NCBI RefSeq assembly: GCF_026210795.1
Contig: NC_089433.1
Coordinates: 620,001 to 684,000 of the forward strand
Direction of reading: 5' to 3'
Length of the DNA: 64,000 nt
DNA from: Rhizophagus irregularis
Lineage: Eukaryota
Below, one piece after another: positions 14,595 to 27,932 of this stretch (the stretch's first letter is position 1; each line of letters starts with the position of its first letter). A model generated the notes under the pieces. That model worked only from the letters and a program-made list of their open reading frames with translations. It did not search any database and was not told the origin of the DNA. The position numbers and the translations under genes were made by a program.

Positions 14595-14602
14595 TATAAA
14601 AG
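14595..14602 (+). promoter_or_regulatory. Candidate TATA box upstream of the Rep pseudogene
   Basis: TATAAAAG about 60 bp before ATG 14661. Weak evidence because the surroundings are AT-rich. Confidence 0.3.
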
Positions 14603-14660
14603 AGGTAATGTTTTCCGTAACTCTTTCCTAAATTATTTTTAAAAAAATTATTTTAAAAAA

Positions 14661-15768
14661 ATGTCAACAAATTCGTTTCAACTCAGCTACTGCTTTTGTT
14701 ACCTTCTCCCAGTGCCCTCTTATGCCTGGCCGAATTATCGAATTACTTAGGTTTAAATTGGATAATAGGCGTAACGCCATAGTCATTTCGGGCTTCTCTG
14801 CTGGGAGAGAAGCGCATCAAGAGGGAGGGTTCCACACCCATATTCTTATGAAATTTGAAAAGAAAATTAATGTAAATGATGCTAATTTTATGGATGTGGA
14901 AGATGAGGATTGGTCTATCATCCCAATACTCAGAAGGTACAAAATTTTAAAATTATGTGAGGAAAGAGTATCAAGAAAATATAGAGCAGGCTAAGGAAGC
15001 TGGCTTCCTTATTGAATCGTGGCCTGAAGCGCTGGACGCAGGTGGTAAAAAGAAAAGGAAGGGAGGATTTGAAGATGATGAAGTGTTCGAGATGGTAAAA
15101 AGAAGCAGGACTTCTGAGGACTTTTTACAGGAGGCTAATGCCTTAAAGCCTGGGGCTCTATTGGCCAATTTTCATAATGCTAGTAAGTATGCAAATTGGG
15201 TGTTGCCAACGCGGGTCGTTGAGCCTTACACACCACCCAATTGGCATAGGCCAATGAGAGATGTTAACTGGACGAGAGTTTTGAATGGGTAGTGTAAAGA
15301 GCAGATAGAGAGGTGTAGTAGAAGAGAGAGATGTAAATCGTTATATTTGTGGGGAGCACATGGTACAGGAAAGAGCACGTGGGCACGGATGTTGGAGCCC
15401 AGTGCTACTTGGTTTAATAGAGGAGCGATGAATTTTTTAATTGGACACAGGGTGACAAGGTGGTGATCGCGGATGATTTAAGAGGGCCCGGAGTTACGAA
15501 CGAAAGTGGGGTGGATTTTTGGGAATTGAAGGATTTTATCTGTGGGCAAGATGAGGTTAATGTTAGACAGGCATACACAAGGTGGAAGACTGTGAAGGGA
15601 CCATTATTTTTTATTTTTATTTCTAATTATAGTCCGGAATTTTTTGGATGGAATACTGGTAGTACGAGGGAGTGCTTTCTCTATAATATGATGGAATGGC
15701 ACGTGCCCGAGACGTTTTATAATATTATGTATAAATATAGAGGGAGAATTAAATCAGATCGAAAATAA
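14661..15768 (+). pseudogene. rep: Endogenous CRESS-DNA-virus/plasmid Rep (geminivirus/genomovirus-like HUH endonuclease + SF3 helicase), disrupted
   Basis: Motifs occur in the correct order: RFNSATAFVTFSQCP (motif I, 14695), EAHQEGGFHTHILM (motif II, 14833), NFMDVED..GLVYHPNTQ (GRS-like, 14884-14933), YVRK (motif III, 14954), SLYLWGAHGTGKSTWARML (Walker A, 15353), VVIADDL (Walker B, 15472), FIFISN (motif C, about 15625). About four frameshifts and an in-frame TAG at 15290. Intronless and visibly more GC-rich than the flanks. Confidence 0.92.
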
Positions 15769-17193
15769 AAAAAAATGTCTTCTTCCAATTATCGTTTTTC
15801 TTAAATAAACAAAATAAAATAATATTCACATGTAAAAGTGAATATGGTGAAAGTCTTTAAAAAGATATAAACTTAATGATGAAGTGCTTGGACCTAAAAG
15901 AGGCAAATATCTATGTAAAATTAGGTGGTTTATACATAAATATTTATGAAGATATCAATTTTTTCTAATATAATATATATATTTATATAAAAATATATTA
16001 AAAATAAATATATAAAAAGGGTTTTTTTTAATTTATATTCCAGTTATAATTATTTTTAAATAAACATATAAATTAATTATTAACTGATTAAAAATTAAAA
16101 AAATTTCATTTTTTAAATCAAATATATTATTTTTTTTTTTTGCAAGAAGTGCAATTTGTGAGTTTATTAATTATTAAATCAAATAAAATATTTATCAGAA
16201 AATAATTAATAATTTTGTAATTATTTACTTTATTTATTATATTATTGGATAACTATTTAAAATTTCAAAAAATTTATTTATATAATTAGAATAATTAATT
16301 TTAGGTTTTTTTACTGGGGTGATCATCACCGTTGGCCGGAATTATCAATTTTTACCGGCACTATATTTTTTTAATGCTAGTCATCATCCCAGGTGATAGT
16401 TAGAAAATTCTTAATTTTAATTGTAATTTTCTTTAAAATATATATTTTTCTAATTTATAATTATATTTTTTGTTTAAATTTAACAATTTTTTTATTAATT
16501 AAATATATGCTTATTTTTTTTTTTTTTTTTTAAATGTTGAATCATGTACCATTTTATTAGAATATATTTGGATTACATAATAATCACAAATATTCTATGA
16601 ATGATACTTCCAGCTCCAGACCAGTTCGATCAAACATTAAATATTATATTACCAATAGAATTAAGAATAAAAGTAAAATGTATGCTTATTAATTTTAATT
16701 TTTATTTAAAAAAAATATATATTTTTTTAATATAATTAAAAAATAATTTAATTATTTATTAATAATATTATATATTAAATTTTATTATCTAATATATTAG
16801 GATTTTTATGTTGCTATTAAAGATAAAAATTATTATCTTTTATTAAATATTTATTAAAATATTTGTTAGTAATATTAATAATACTTTTCTTTTTTTTTAG
16901 TTAATTTTTTTTTGTTTTTAATTATATAATATATTAAAAATTTTTTATCATCTGATAAACTTTTATTATAAATTTATATACTTTTAACATTTTTTAAATC
17001 TCTAAATATTTACATATAATCTAAATTTCTATAACTCCATCTTTCATTTCTTTTTCTTTTCTAATATATTTTTCTATGATTTTATTATATATTATTTTGC
17101 TAATTTGGCAAGCTAATATTTTAAAAAAATAATTTTATCATAATAAATATAATATAAAAGATCCAAATAGTATTGGAAAAGTAATCATTTTAA

Positions 17194-17736
17194 TAGGACC
17201 CTGGATATCTCCAAAACAGGTCATAAGTCACATTTTCAGTCAAATATGGCATAGTAGCCTTTATCTTTATTAATTATTTATCAAACTTTACAAAATTACA
17301 TATGAGAAAAAAGAAAATAAAATAAAAAAAATTAACTAAAAACAAAGCTATATAGTCTCCTAGAAAGAAATTAAAATTAAAAGAAAATTCAAAAGAAAAA
17401 TCGCTAATACTAACACTTCCTAGATCTCCCCCCTTGATATATTCCAACCAAAGTAGAAGCAACTATGCAAAGTCACATTTTCAGCAAATTGGCCCATTTT
17501 TTAGAAGCTCAAAAAATCATTTTTTGTAAATATCTCAGCATCTAGTAGTCAAATTTTAATGAACTTTTTTTTAAATTGTAGAGCTAAATAAGGGTTACAA
17601 AATAAAAAAAGTTCATTAAAATTGAATCACTGGATGCTAAGATATTTACAAAAAATGATTTTTTGAGTTTTAGCAAAAAGTAGTGTTTTTAGCCAAAAGT
17701 CCATTATAACCTTTATATTAGATATCTGGGATCCTA
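17194..17736. mobile_element. Non-autonomous TIR element (MITE-like) with an internal foldback
   Basis: The ends taggaccctggatatct / agatatctgggatccta are imperfect inverted repeats with TTTTAA on both sides. Internal inverted repeat 17508-17572 vs 17604-17668. Confidence 0.6.
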
Positions 17737-18362
17737 TTTTAATATATATATACATTTATAAATTCAACTTAAAAATATATATTAGATATTTATTGTACGA
17801 TTTTTATCTTAATCTTTTACTTTCTTTGTATAATATTTTATAAAGGCTTTTATTTTAAATCACTGAGAGTGATCATCACCATTGGCCAGAATTATCAATT
17901 TTTACTGGCACTATATTTTTTTAATGCTAATTGATTGTCATAATTTCAGTCACCAGTGATCATCATCCCAGGTAATAGTTAGAAAAATTCTTTTATAAAA
18001 ATATTCAATAATAGGTTCTCATCTTCTATATATTAATGCATTTGTTTTTTAGATATTTTATATTGCTAAAACTAAAAATTATATAAAATAAATTCATGTT
18101 TAAAAAATAGAGAAAAATTTTTTTTTTAAAAAAAAAGAAAATATTTATTATTTAAGTGAAACATGTTTTGTAGGTAAAAATTTGCAATTTATTATTAAAT
18201 AAATACTTTAATTAAATTTAATATTTAAAGAAAAAACCATATTTATATATATATATATATACAGTGATACCTCTTTAAGTGTACCCCCCTTGGGACCATA
18301 GTAAAAAAATAGTAGAATGTGCACTTAGAGAGAGTGTGCATTTATAGAAAGTAAAATATTAA

Positions 18363-19067
18363 TTGCCGATCCGCATGTGATCAATAGAATTTACATAGTA
18401 AAATGCGGCGTTATGTTAATTAATAAAAAAAATGCCGTTTGAAATCTCTGTTTCCCCAAGAAACAACAACGTCAAATACATACATAACTCCCAAAAAACT
18501 TGTTGCAACTGGCGCTATTATATCAGAACTTCATTATTATGTCCATATTTATATGACTTGTTTATTATTTTTTAAGAAAAAAATTCAAGATAACTATTCC
18601 TATTTTGAAATTATGCTAAAACTTAATAAAAGTCCTTTTATTATTCATATATTTCATTATATTCATATTTTTTACAAACTGGACATATTTGTGAAAGAAA
18701 AAGAGATATAAAAGTGCGTAGTGTTATTAAAAATGTAATAGTTGACAGAAATAATAATCAAAAAAAGTTTTATAAGCGTCAAAGAAAAGTTAAAGAGTTT
18801 ATACCATAGAAGTAAAATAGTAGTAAATACTATGAAATCTCCATTTCCTACATATAAAACTTTATAAACTGCAAAGAAAAAAAACTTTTTATAAAAAAAT
18901 TTTTTTTTCTAAGATCTTAAACGTATATTGCAGGTGTTAAATTACGCAATTGTATAACAATATGGTTGAATTTTATTTGATATAAAAACATGATCGACAT
19001 GGCTTATATATAAAAGTTGCGTCGCATTTTATTATATAAATTCTATCGATCACATGCGGATCAGCAA
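18363..19067. mobile_element. Nested inverted-repeat element bounded by TTAA
   Basis: TIRs of about 50 bp (ttgccgatccgcatgtgatcaatagaatttac... / ...aattctatcgatcacatgcggatcagcaa) with TTAA at 18359-18362 and 19068-19071. Confidence 0.7.
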
Positions 19068-19530
19068 TTAAGAGCTTTTATAAGTTGTGACCAAATCCAC
19101 CGTGCACTTAAAGAGAATTTATATAGTGCGTTGTGACCATGGGTATCGAACTTAATGGAATAGATAAATAATATATCGAATTGAAGATTACATGGTAGAA
19201 AGTCATATAATCGGATAAATAATTAGCTGGAAAGGATAAATGTTTAGGAGAAGGAATGATCTACATGATGTAATGTTTATTAAATGATTAATGACGAACT
19301 AATAGATCAATCAGGAGTCGATCAATGCGGCTTAGCAACCAGTTTATCAAGTTCATCAACAGGAATAATTAGGTATGAACTATGCCACAAAAGATAGATT
19401 ATGGGACAATATGAAAAGATAATATAAAAGATAATATGAAAAGATGATACAAAAAGATAGCACAGCCACAAAAGATGGGTTATAAATTATTTTTTTACGA
19501 TGTAATATTTGAAAGATAGAAAAGATAACA

Positions 19531-19675
19531 TGTAAAATAGTATATAAAATAACATATAAAATAGTATATAAAATAACATATAAAATAGTATATAAAATAA
19601 CATATAAAATAGTATATAAAATAACATATAAAATAGTATATAAAATAACATATAAAATAGTATATGAAATAGCAT
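19531..19675. repeat. 24-bp tandem repeat (taaaatagtatataaaataacata), about 6 copies
   Basis: Visible directly. It produces the spurious LFYMLFYI-repeat ORF. Confidence 0.9.
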
Positions 19676-21348
19676 ATTAGAAAAGATAAAATAGCACATG
19701 AAAGAAAATATATTGGAAAAGATTATATATAATGAAAAGATAACACATAACATAAAATATTAGAAAGAAATAAAAAGTAAGAAAAGAAAGAATAAGAAAG
19801 TTGGTTTAAATGGGAGCGGAATGGGAAGTGAATTCCACAGTCGCCAGTTAGGATTTTGAATTTTAGGTAATTTAGTTAGTTGTGAATTTTATGAAGATCA
19901 AAATATAAATAAAGTACTTTTTACCCATTAATTAATGATTATCGACTCTTTTATACTGTTTTCTTATGATGAAAAAGTATGTTAAATAATGAATTCCTTT
20001 ACCATTTGATATATGAGAAACGCACAAACATAATAGTTCAGTTAGTCAGAATGTACACAATCATATGAGTGAAGGGTTCATAAATGTTTGTAAAAACGTT
20101 AATTATTAAAAGTTATTTCGAATATACTTATGGTTCGCCTAAGTTTTAATTAATGTTAAATAAGTATTAAAATGATGGAATGAATATAAATATAAAGAAT
20201 TAAGGAGTCCCAAGTGTGACTCGTATTATTTTGAGAAACCTGAGTGTGGTTTATTGAGAAGCCCAAGTATGGCTTGTATATTAAGAAAGTCCGAGACCAG
20301 TGACTTTAGAGCCCAAGTGTGGCTGATGTATATTAAGAAATCCATGTGTAACTTAAAAATTGGTGAAAATTAAGTTAAAGATTTAAAACTAAACTAAGCA
20401 AGAATATTAATGTTTTGCTGAGAGCACATATAACAGAAGCAGGGAACTTTGTTTACCACCAGGTGGCAGACGGGGGTGACAGCGTGCGCTCATAGAGGGT
20501 GCGCTTATAGAGGTGTCACTGTATTTTTTTTTTTTTTTTAATGATTTATATATGCTTTATTGATATGTAGTTTATATACCATACAAACAAATTATCATAA
20601 GCTATATCCATCCAGTAGGATGCAATCATCAAAATACATATTTATATATATATTAATAAATATTAAATATTATTTTATTGATATAAAAAAAAGGTCTAAT
20701 ATTGTTCATTTATATAAATCAATGTCAATAATTGTCTTTACATGTCCATATTATAACTTTGATTAATGCAAGAAAATTTTTATTATATTAATCCATATCT
20801 AACTATAAAGTAGTTTTCATGCCTATTAGCTTGTATTATGTTTAATTAATATTAAATATTTAAATCACCTTCACTTTCATATCTTTATTACAATAGTCAC
20901 ATTAATATTTACTAATCATTACTAAAGTATCAGACTTAACCCTTCTGATTGGTATTATCTTGATCCTTCTTTGTATTATACAAGTTAAGTTAGTATCACG
21001 TAATGGGTCAAGAACAATACATTTGCATAGGAATCACAATCTGTATCATCTATTTGTATAATTATAAAATTAATATTACAAGTTTCTCTACTGATGTTTT
21101 TAATTTTCTAACAATTGAACAAATGAAAGCAAAAGAATGAAAACTTAAAGATAAAGATATCAATAAATTATATAATCAGATGTTAGGGATAAAGCATTTC
21201 TTAAGTTGATAAACTCATCACTTATTTTTGAGTATTCCAGTCAGACTGGCTAGTAAAGCTGATCAATAAAATCTGAAAAAGTAATAAGCTTCATTTTTGT
21301 ATGCACTTTTATATTTGAAAATAATACTAAATACTTATTTATGCATGC

Positions 21349-21914
21349 TAGTGTTCTGTACAGATCAAATCAGATTGAATTAGTTCAAATTCGAATTTGA
21401 TTCAATTGAATTAAATCTAAAAATTTTAAATTTAAATTCAAATCAAATTATTTAAATTTAATTCAAAATTCAATTCAATTTGATTTAGATTTAATTTGAT
21501 TCAAATTAAATAATGTTTGATAAATTTGAGATTTGAATCAATTTAGTTCAATTTGTTTTGAGATTTAATTCAATTTGATAATTTGATTTGATTTGATTCA
21601 ATTTGGCAATTTAACAATTTGACAATTAACAATTTGATTTGATTTGATGATTTGATTTGATTTGACAATTTGATTCAGATTTAAACAATTCAGATTCGAT
21701 TTAATTTGATTTGAGTTTAATCAAATCAAATAGATTTGATTCAAATTTGATTTGAAATTGAATCAAATTTTATTTTTTTGATTCAGATTTAGATTTGAAT
21801 CTAAATTTGAAATTTGAATTTAATTTGCAAATCAAAAATTATCAAATTGAGTCAAACCAAATCTAAATCAAATTTGAATCGATTTGATTTGACTGAATTA
21901 TTTGCAAAACATTA
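21349..21914. mobile_element. hAT-like MITE
   Basis: Termini TAGTGTTCTGTA / TGCAAAACATTA. The interior is packed with ATTTGA/TCAAAT motifs. ATTTATGC follows the right end and also lies at 21337-21344 on the left (plus an extra ATGC), consistent with an 8-bp TSD. Confidence 0.72.
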
Positions 21915-23270
21915 ATTTATGCTCTTCTTTTTTACTTTTTATTATTAAGTACTATCCAAAAACTACATTTAAGTTAATGGTAAGTGAATCATAATAAAAT
22001 TAATCGACATGAATAAAAGTAAAGTTTAATTTTTGATAACCATTATTTCACCTCCTAATTTGTTTTTCATTTTATACTACAAGAACTTTTTGCTGAACAA
22101 GAACTTTCTAAACAATTCTTTCTGTTTCTGAAATGCATGCAATTAAGATAAAATTCACAATAAAGCAGCAATGAAAAATTTCCTAATATGTTAACTTTAA
22201 AATAAAATGATTTTCTTACTAATGCCTTTTTTATATCAATAGCTTTTAATATAGATAATCGTGTTTTTAGAGACCTAATATTATCACTGAAAGTTTATCT
22301 AAATTATTAGAATTATTTGATAATTTTTTAGATATATAGTTATTAATAACCCTAAATATGATCTACTTATAACATATATTTAAACATGATTTTAAGATGA
22401 CAATTTGAACAATATTTTTATTTTTCTGGCAGTTTATATCAATTAAAGTCATATAGATAATAAAGATTTATTTTCTGAATATATGTATTATTTTTACAGC
22501 AAATTCAACTATATGTTTCTCACCACTTAATACTAATGAGAATAGTGATAATAATAGTAGAGATAATAATAAAAATGATAATAAAGTCAATAATAATGGT
22601 GATGATGATGAAAATGATGAAAATAATCAGTCACCAGATGTGAGTGCTTTTAGAAGAATTTTAGAGTATTTACTCATAATAAGTCAAAAAATAGAAAAAA
22701 AAGACAAAATGATGATAAGTTTTTCAATAATATGGAAAATTATAAGCATAGCCAAATCTCTTTTGGCAATATGTTAGAAAATAGTTAATCTGAAGTTGTT
22801 TTTACAGCTATGCTTTATAGAAAAGTAGGCATTTTTAAAATGATCGATCTTTATAAAAAAAGTATTCATTACCATACAGAAAATCTTAAACAAATTTAAG
22901 ATATATCTTGGAAATTCAAAACATTTATATACTGAAACTTTTAAATTATGAGATTAATTATGAGGTATTTATTTTTATTTTATATTACTTACTGGTAAGT
23001 TATTTACAGATATGAATAATATCTCAGAAAAGGAAAAAGCAGTTAGCTATTAATGGCTTACTAGCAATAAATACAGTATAGAAACATTAGATTAGAGAAT
23101 ATAATGTTAAAAAGAAATAAGTTAACAGGTTGTTTTTGTATATGATGGATTGATTTTACATAAAGCAAAATGCAAAAAATCTGGATAAGGAATTAATTAA
23201 ATTGAAACATTTGCTTAGCATACATTAAAATTATTAAGATTTATCTTAAAATTTATTAAAAATATCATTA

Positions 23271-23436
23271 GGGCACTGTCAGATATTACCCAATATCACT
23301 TTAATATAAGAGCTTAACCCCCCTCTCCTAGGTAAGATATGTTATATATATAATTTCTTATATAGTATTGTATATAACCTAAGATCTTTAGTTACCCCCC
23401 TCTCTCTAAAATATTAGGTAATATCTGACAGCACCC
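23271..23436. mobile_element. PIF/Harbinger (Tourist-like) MITE
   Basis: TTA|GGGCACTGTCAGATATTACCCAATAT ... ATATTAGGTAATATCTGACAGCACCC|TTA: 26-bp TIRs starting GGG with a 3-bp TTA TSD. Confidence 0.85.
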
Positions 23437-23639
23437 TTATCTTTTATAGGAAAAAAAACTAAATATAAATATGTATAATGGTGTGAATTTTTTTTTTCAA
23501 TTGTATTAGTAACTTACTTCATTAGAATTACATATGTGTTCATAGTATAAAATAATAATCTTAATTCATGTATTAATTATGCATAGCATTTGAATGGTTT
23601 TTAAAATCTGAAAATAAATATACAATTAATCAAAATAAA

Positions 23640-23875
23640 ATGATGAATTTAATTTAAATATAAATTTAGCTATATCAAATAATGGTGATACACAAAATAA
23701 TTTAAAATCAAATTATGCAGCTTCCATCAAATAATGAAATTGCATACAGTTATTTTAATTTAGGTAAATGTTATTATGGTGGTATCGGAATTGATAAAAT
23801 CCTTGAGGAAGCAATTTTTTTGTTTAAAAGAAAGCAGTTTAAAGAAAGCTTAAATGATAATGGAACAGAATAAAA
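23640..23875 (+). pseudogene. Sel1-like repeat gene fragment
   Basis: 23751-23837 translates as YFNLGKCYYGGIGIDKILEEAIFLFKRK, matching the Sel1 consensus (LG.CY..G.G...D...A...F.K). The surrounding frame is broken. Confidence 0.7.
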
Positions 23876-26800
23876 AATGTGGAAGTTAAATTAATAATAT
23901 TTATTCTCTTTAAATTTTTGATCTTGTTATCTTAGTACTACTTTTAAAATAATGTATATAAATGTTTATAAAGTTTTTTTTTTAATTAGGGTATTCACAT
24001 CAAAATTACCCAACTTTGAAGTGGATGATTTCTAACTCAAACTACCATTTTCATTTAGGAAGTATTACTAGAAGGTATGTATTTTCGTACCATCTTTTAA
24101 TAAGAAACTTAGTAATAAAAATCACATAAGTACAAAGAAAAATATAAAATTTCAATTACAATACATGGTATTTTTTATGGTAATCTGATCATGGCCAACT
24201 ACCCAATTTTTTTTCTCTGAAGGTGACGTTCAATCACTTTACATGTATATGTGTGAACTTGATGAACTATGAGCTCTTTTTAGCTTAATCGGGCGCGTGA
24301 AGCACTTCCCTCAATGGGATTGGTTAGTGATTATCAATTGAAGTATACAATTTGATTCTATTATATTGTGAGGTTTGATATATCATATGACATATAATCA
24401 TCATATGAAATTCCATATTGGATCATCATTAATAATCTTAAATCAAGATTGTTCTGTCTCTTCTCGAATATTTCCTTCTTTCAATCTTTCATCTTTCATA
24501 TTTCAAACATTTCTATCTCTCTTACTTCAACATTACCTTCCCTCAAATTTTATTCTTTTTCTTTCATATCATCCTTATTATTCAACTATTCTCATGAGTC
24601 AGTCATGAGCGTATAATTATGGTTCTGTTAACAAGATATAAGTATAGATTCGTAAATGAAATAACACATTGCTTCAAGTTTACCTTAAATATGTACGCCT
24701 TTTCGATCATTTCTTAGAGCAAATACAATTGGTCCTTGCTATCATTTTGTCCACTAGAATAAACTACCTGCACAATGTATTGTATATATTTGGCCACCCG
24801 TTCTAAAATCAAAAAATTCAAATAATAAATTATGTGATCTAGTAAAATTTTTAAACGAAAGCATGTTATACTCACTATAACAATGATGCCAAGATTCAAC
24901 CATTTTCTGATGCTCCTTGTTGAGGGTGGTGCTATCGTTGTGTAAATAAAGAAATTTGTTCCTGAAAGACATTAAGAGAAAGTATGTTAACCTGCTGTAA
25001 ATAGAACGTATAGCTGTAAGCGTACTTACACTTTAGCACTTTCTCTAGATCCTCGGATAGTTTGGTAAGATCATATACAACACTTTCAATAACCTCCACC
25101 CAACCTTGATTGTAATCTCCATACATTAACAATAATAATACTATCCTGACGGCAAGACATTAGCACTACATTTATAACGTCCAATTTACATGAGCAGTTT
25201 TACAAACATTAAATTCCCCACATCCTGCAAAATAAAAGGGTTTTTTTGACTCATAAAAAGGATTGTTTCTGCATCATGAAAATTCAATTATTTTTCTTGT
25301 AGTCAAGTTTTCACAATAACGACCATATTACACCCAACGCGTTATTCATCGGACATGACTTGATTCTATTACAAATTATTGATCTAAACAACAATTATAT
25401 ATATCATAATTTTATCTCCTCCATTAAATCATATTAAAACTTATTATGCTAATTCCATTCGGATACATTCCCAGCTTCTTCAAATTACTAGTTCCTCTCT
25501 CACCAAAAAAGAAAAAAACCTTTCTTTTATATAAAATGCAACCATAACCTTTGTGGAATTTTAACATGGTACTTCTAAAGAATATGTTAATATCTTGAAT
25601 TCTTGATACTTTTCGTAGGTTCATATTCTAATTTTATTAGAAAGGATAAATTTAGGACAATATCCCTTAAATCAAAGAAACTACCACTATCACTCTATTT
25701 CCGATTTTCTGGATAGCGACTGACTTTTAATATTCTTCCATGTAATATAGGAATTGATAGAACATTTAATTATTGATATTATATTTAACAAGAATATCTA
25801 TCCAATTATATAAGGACTTAACAAACAAGTAACTTCGATAACAATTATTAATTGCTCTTAGTCGTCTTGTCTTCGTCACTTTATAATGACAACAATATCT
25901 CATCCAAAATCATTCCTTTAGCAAGCTTCCTATTTCACATATGAAATAATATTTTGCGGTTCAAGTGATAATGGCCGTATAACTATTAATTATGGAGAAA
26001 CTAATTCGAGAAAAGAAGACACTTAATGAAGTTTGTAACGTTCTTTAGGATATTCTTCTTATTTCTATACCGTTAATAAATCATACCTTCTTGAAGACGT
26101 GATAAAAGAACTGTGTTGAAATTGATAATTGTATAAACTATGATTCTAAATAAAATAAGATTATATTATAAATATAGAACTTTGAAACATTAGAAATACA
26201 CTTGGAACCATTGATGACCATAAATTGCATTGAAACATGCATTTTATTTATACCTTCAATTATTTAACCATAATATTTAGGAGGTTATCACCAGCCTCTA
26301 ATTCTTTATAGTCTAAATCCAAAGTCTTGAGCATAAGACAAGTACAAATACCTATATCTACAATTATATCATCTTTAGATGAATTAAATTTATAAGAAGT
26401 TTTCATTTTGTCACGGGAACGTCGAATTACGCGATTTGATCTTTAGGTTCGAATAAAGTAGTGACCGTGAGGACATGTTTACATGTATTTGATTTTTTTT
26501 CAAACGTTACCAATGTGAGAGATTTTTTCAAAATGATATAAAAATTGCGATGATCAGATGAATCAAACCTTTGCTTTTTTTTTGTAAAACTGTAAATATA
26601 CGTTTCGAAACACAAGCTTTTGCGACTGTAGTTTTTTCTTAACATTTCTGATTAACTAATTTCCCTATATAATTTAAAAAAGTAATTAACAATCAAATCT
26701 AAAAAACTAGCTTAACTTTATAAATACTAAACCTTTCCAGCCTCCGCGTTTTTCCTAATACTCATTTTTCCTAAAAAATAAATAATACTACAAGATCCTG

Positions 26801-27932
26801 ACTCCAGTACAAAAACTTTTTTTCTCATAACAGAATAAATGTACGATGATCGGATTCTCGATTTTTTTATCATGTGTGTAACGTAACTTTATATCATTTC
26901 CATTATTAGAAGTGTTATCATCATTTATTATGTAAGCATAAAACTAACTTAAGTAAGTCAATTAAGAATTTTAATCTTGGGCGAAATCGAAAATCATAAA
27001 AATTAGACGAACCGCTCACAAAAAGTTATATAAAAATGAAAATAGATTTTTAAATATTTGTAATAGATTTAAACCGATCGTAAATTATGTCAAAATGTAA
27101 TTTACATCAAAATGTTGACTAACAATGATAAAATTTAAAATTTCATTGTTCATATGCAATATATGCACAAAAAAAAAATTTACTATGAGTTACAGATATT
27201 CGAAACTAAATTAGATATTTTATTAATAGCCTAAATGATGTAAATGGTGATCATTGTCTGAATAAATTATACTGAAAGTAAAATTGGAATTTCTGAAAAT
27301 GTAATTATTAAATGGTGAGGGAGAAGAAATTATTTGCCGAGTAAGTTAATAACGAAAGGATACGAATTTACTGCTAATGTAATGTAACAAGTAAATGTGA
27401 TCAAGCAATGTAAAATATTATTCCGAAACCTCCGAATCCCGCAAAACCCGTTTTATTTAATAAAGCAATATTTATAGATTACAAACCAGTCAGTATAACC
27501 AAATTAGTAAATTCGTTATATTTAGTGAGGTAGTAGTTACACGATTGAAGTTTCCCGCTTTTCAATGAATAATTATTAAAAGTTAATGATTTTGTCTATC
27601 ACTTTCTCTCAACTTTTCTTCTTTTAAATAAATGTCCTTAGTAAAGGTAATATTTAATACAATTTTTTTATATTTCTTACTTGTTTCGTTTAATTAATAT
27701 AATAAATACCAATTTTTATACGAAGGACTTAATAAAAAAATAAAGCGTACTTAGCGGAATAACTGGTAAAACGACGATATACATACAATATACGAACTCT
27801 TATATAATCCGTAAATAATTTGTTTAAAGGTTCGAGCATGACTCCCTTACTCTAAAAAACAATATTTCGAAATTTAGCAGAGAAAAGAATAACGAACTAA
27901 ATTGAAAAAAAAGGTTTTCATTTATAGTAATA

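Larger units (their letters stand above)
18262..20521. mobile_element. Tc1/mariner/pogo-type non-autonomous element, composite with nested insertions
   Basis: TA|CAGTGATACCTCTTTAAGTGTACCC ... GGGTGCGCTTATAGAGGTGTCACTG|TA: inverted termini flanked by TA, with subterminal gtgcactta-type repeats. Confidence 0.75.

Noticed and set aside
14661..15768. Helitron or Replitron interpretation of the Rep
   Set aside because: Helitrons pair HUH with a PIF1 (SF1) helicase and Replitrons lack a helicase. Here an SF3 helicase and a GRS-like motif follow the HUH domain.
19487..19753. ORF with LFYMLFYI repeats
   Set aside because: Artefact of a 24-bp non-coding tandem repeat.
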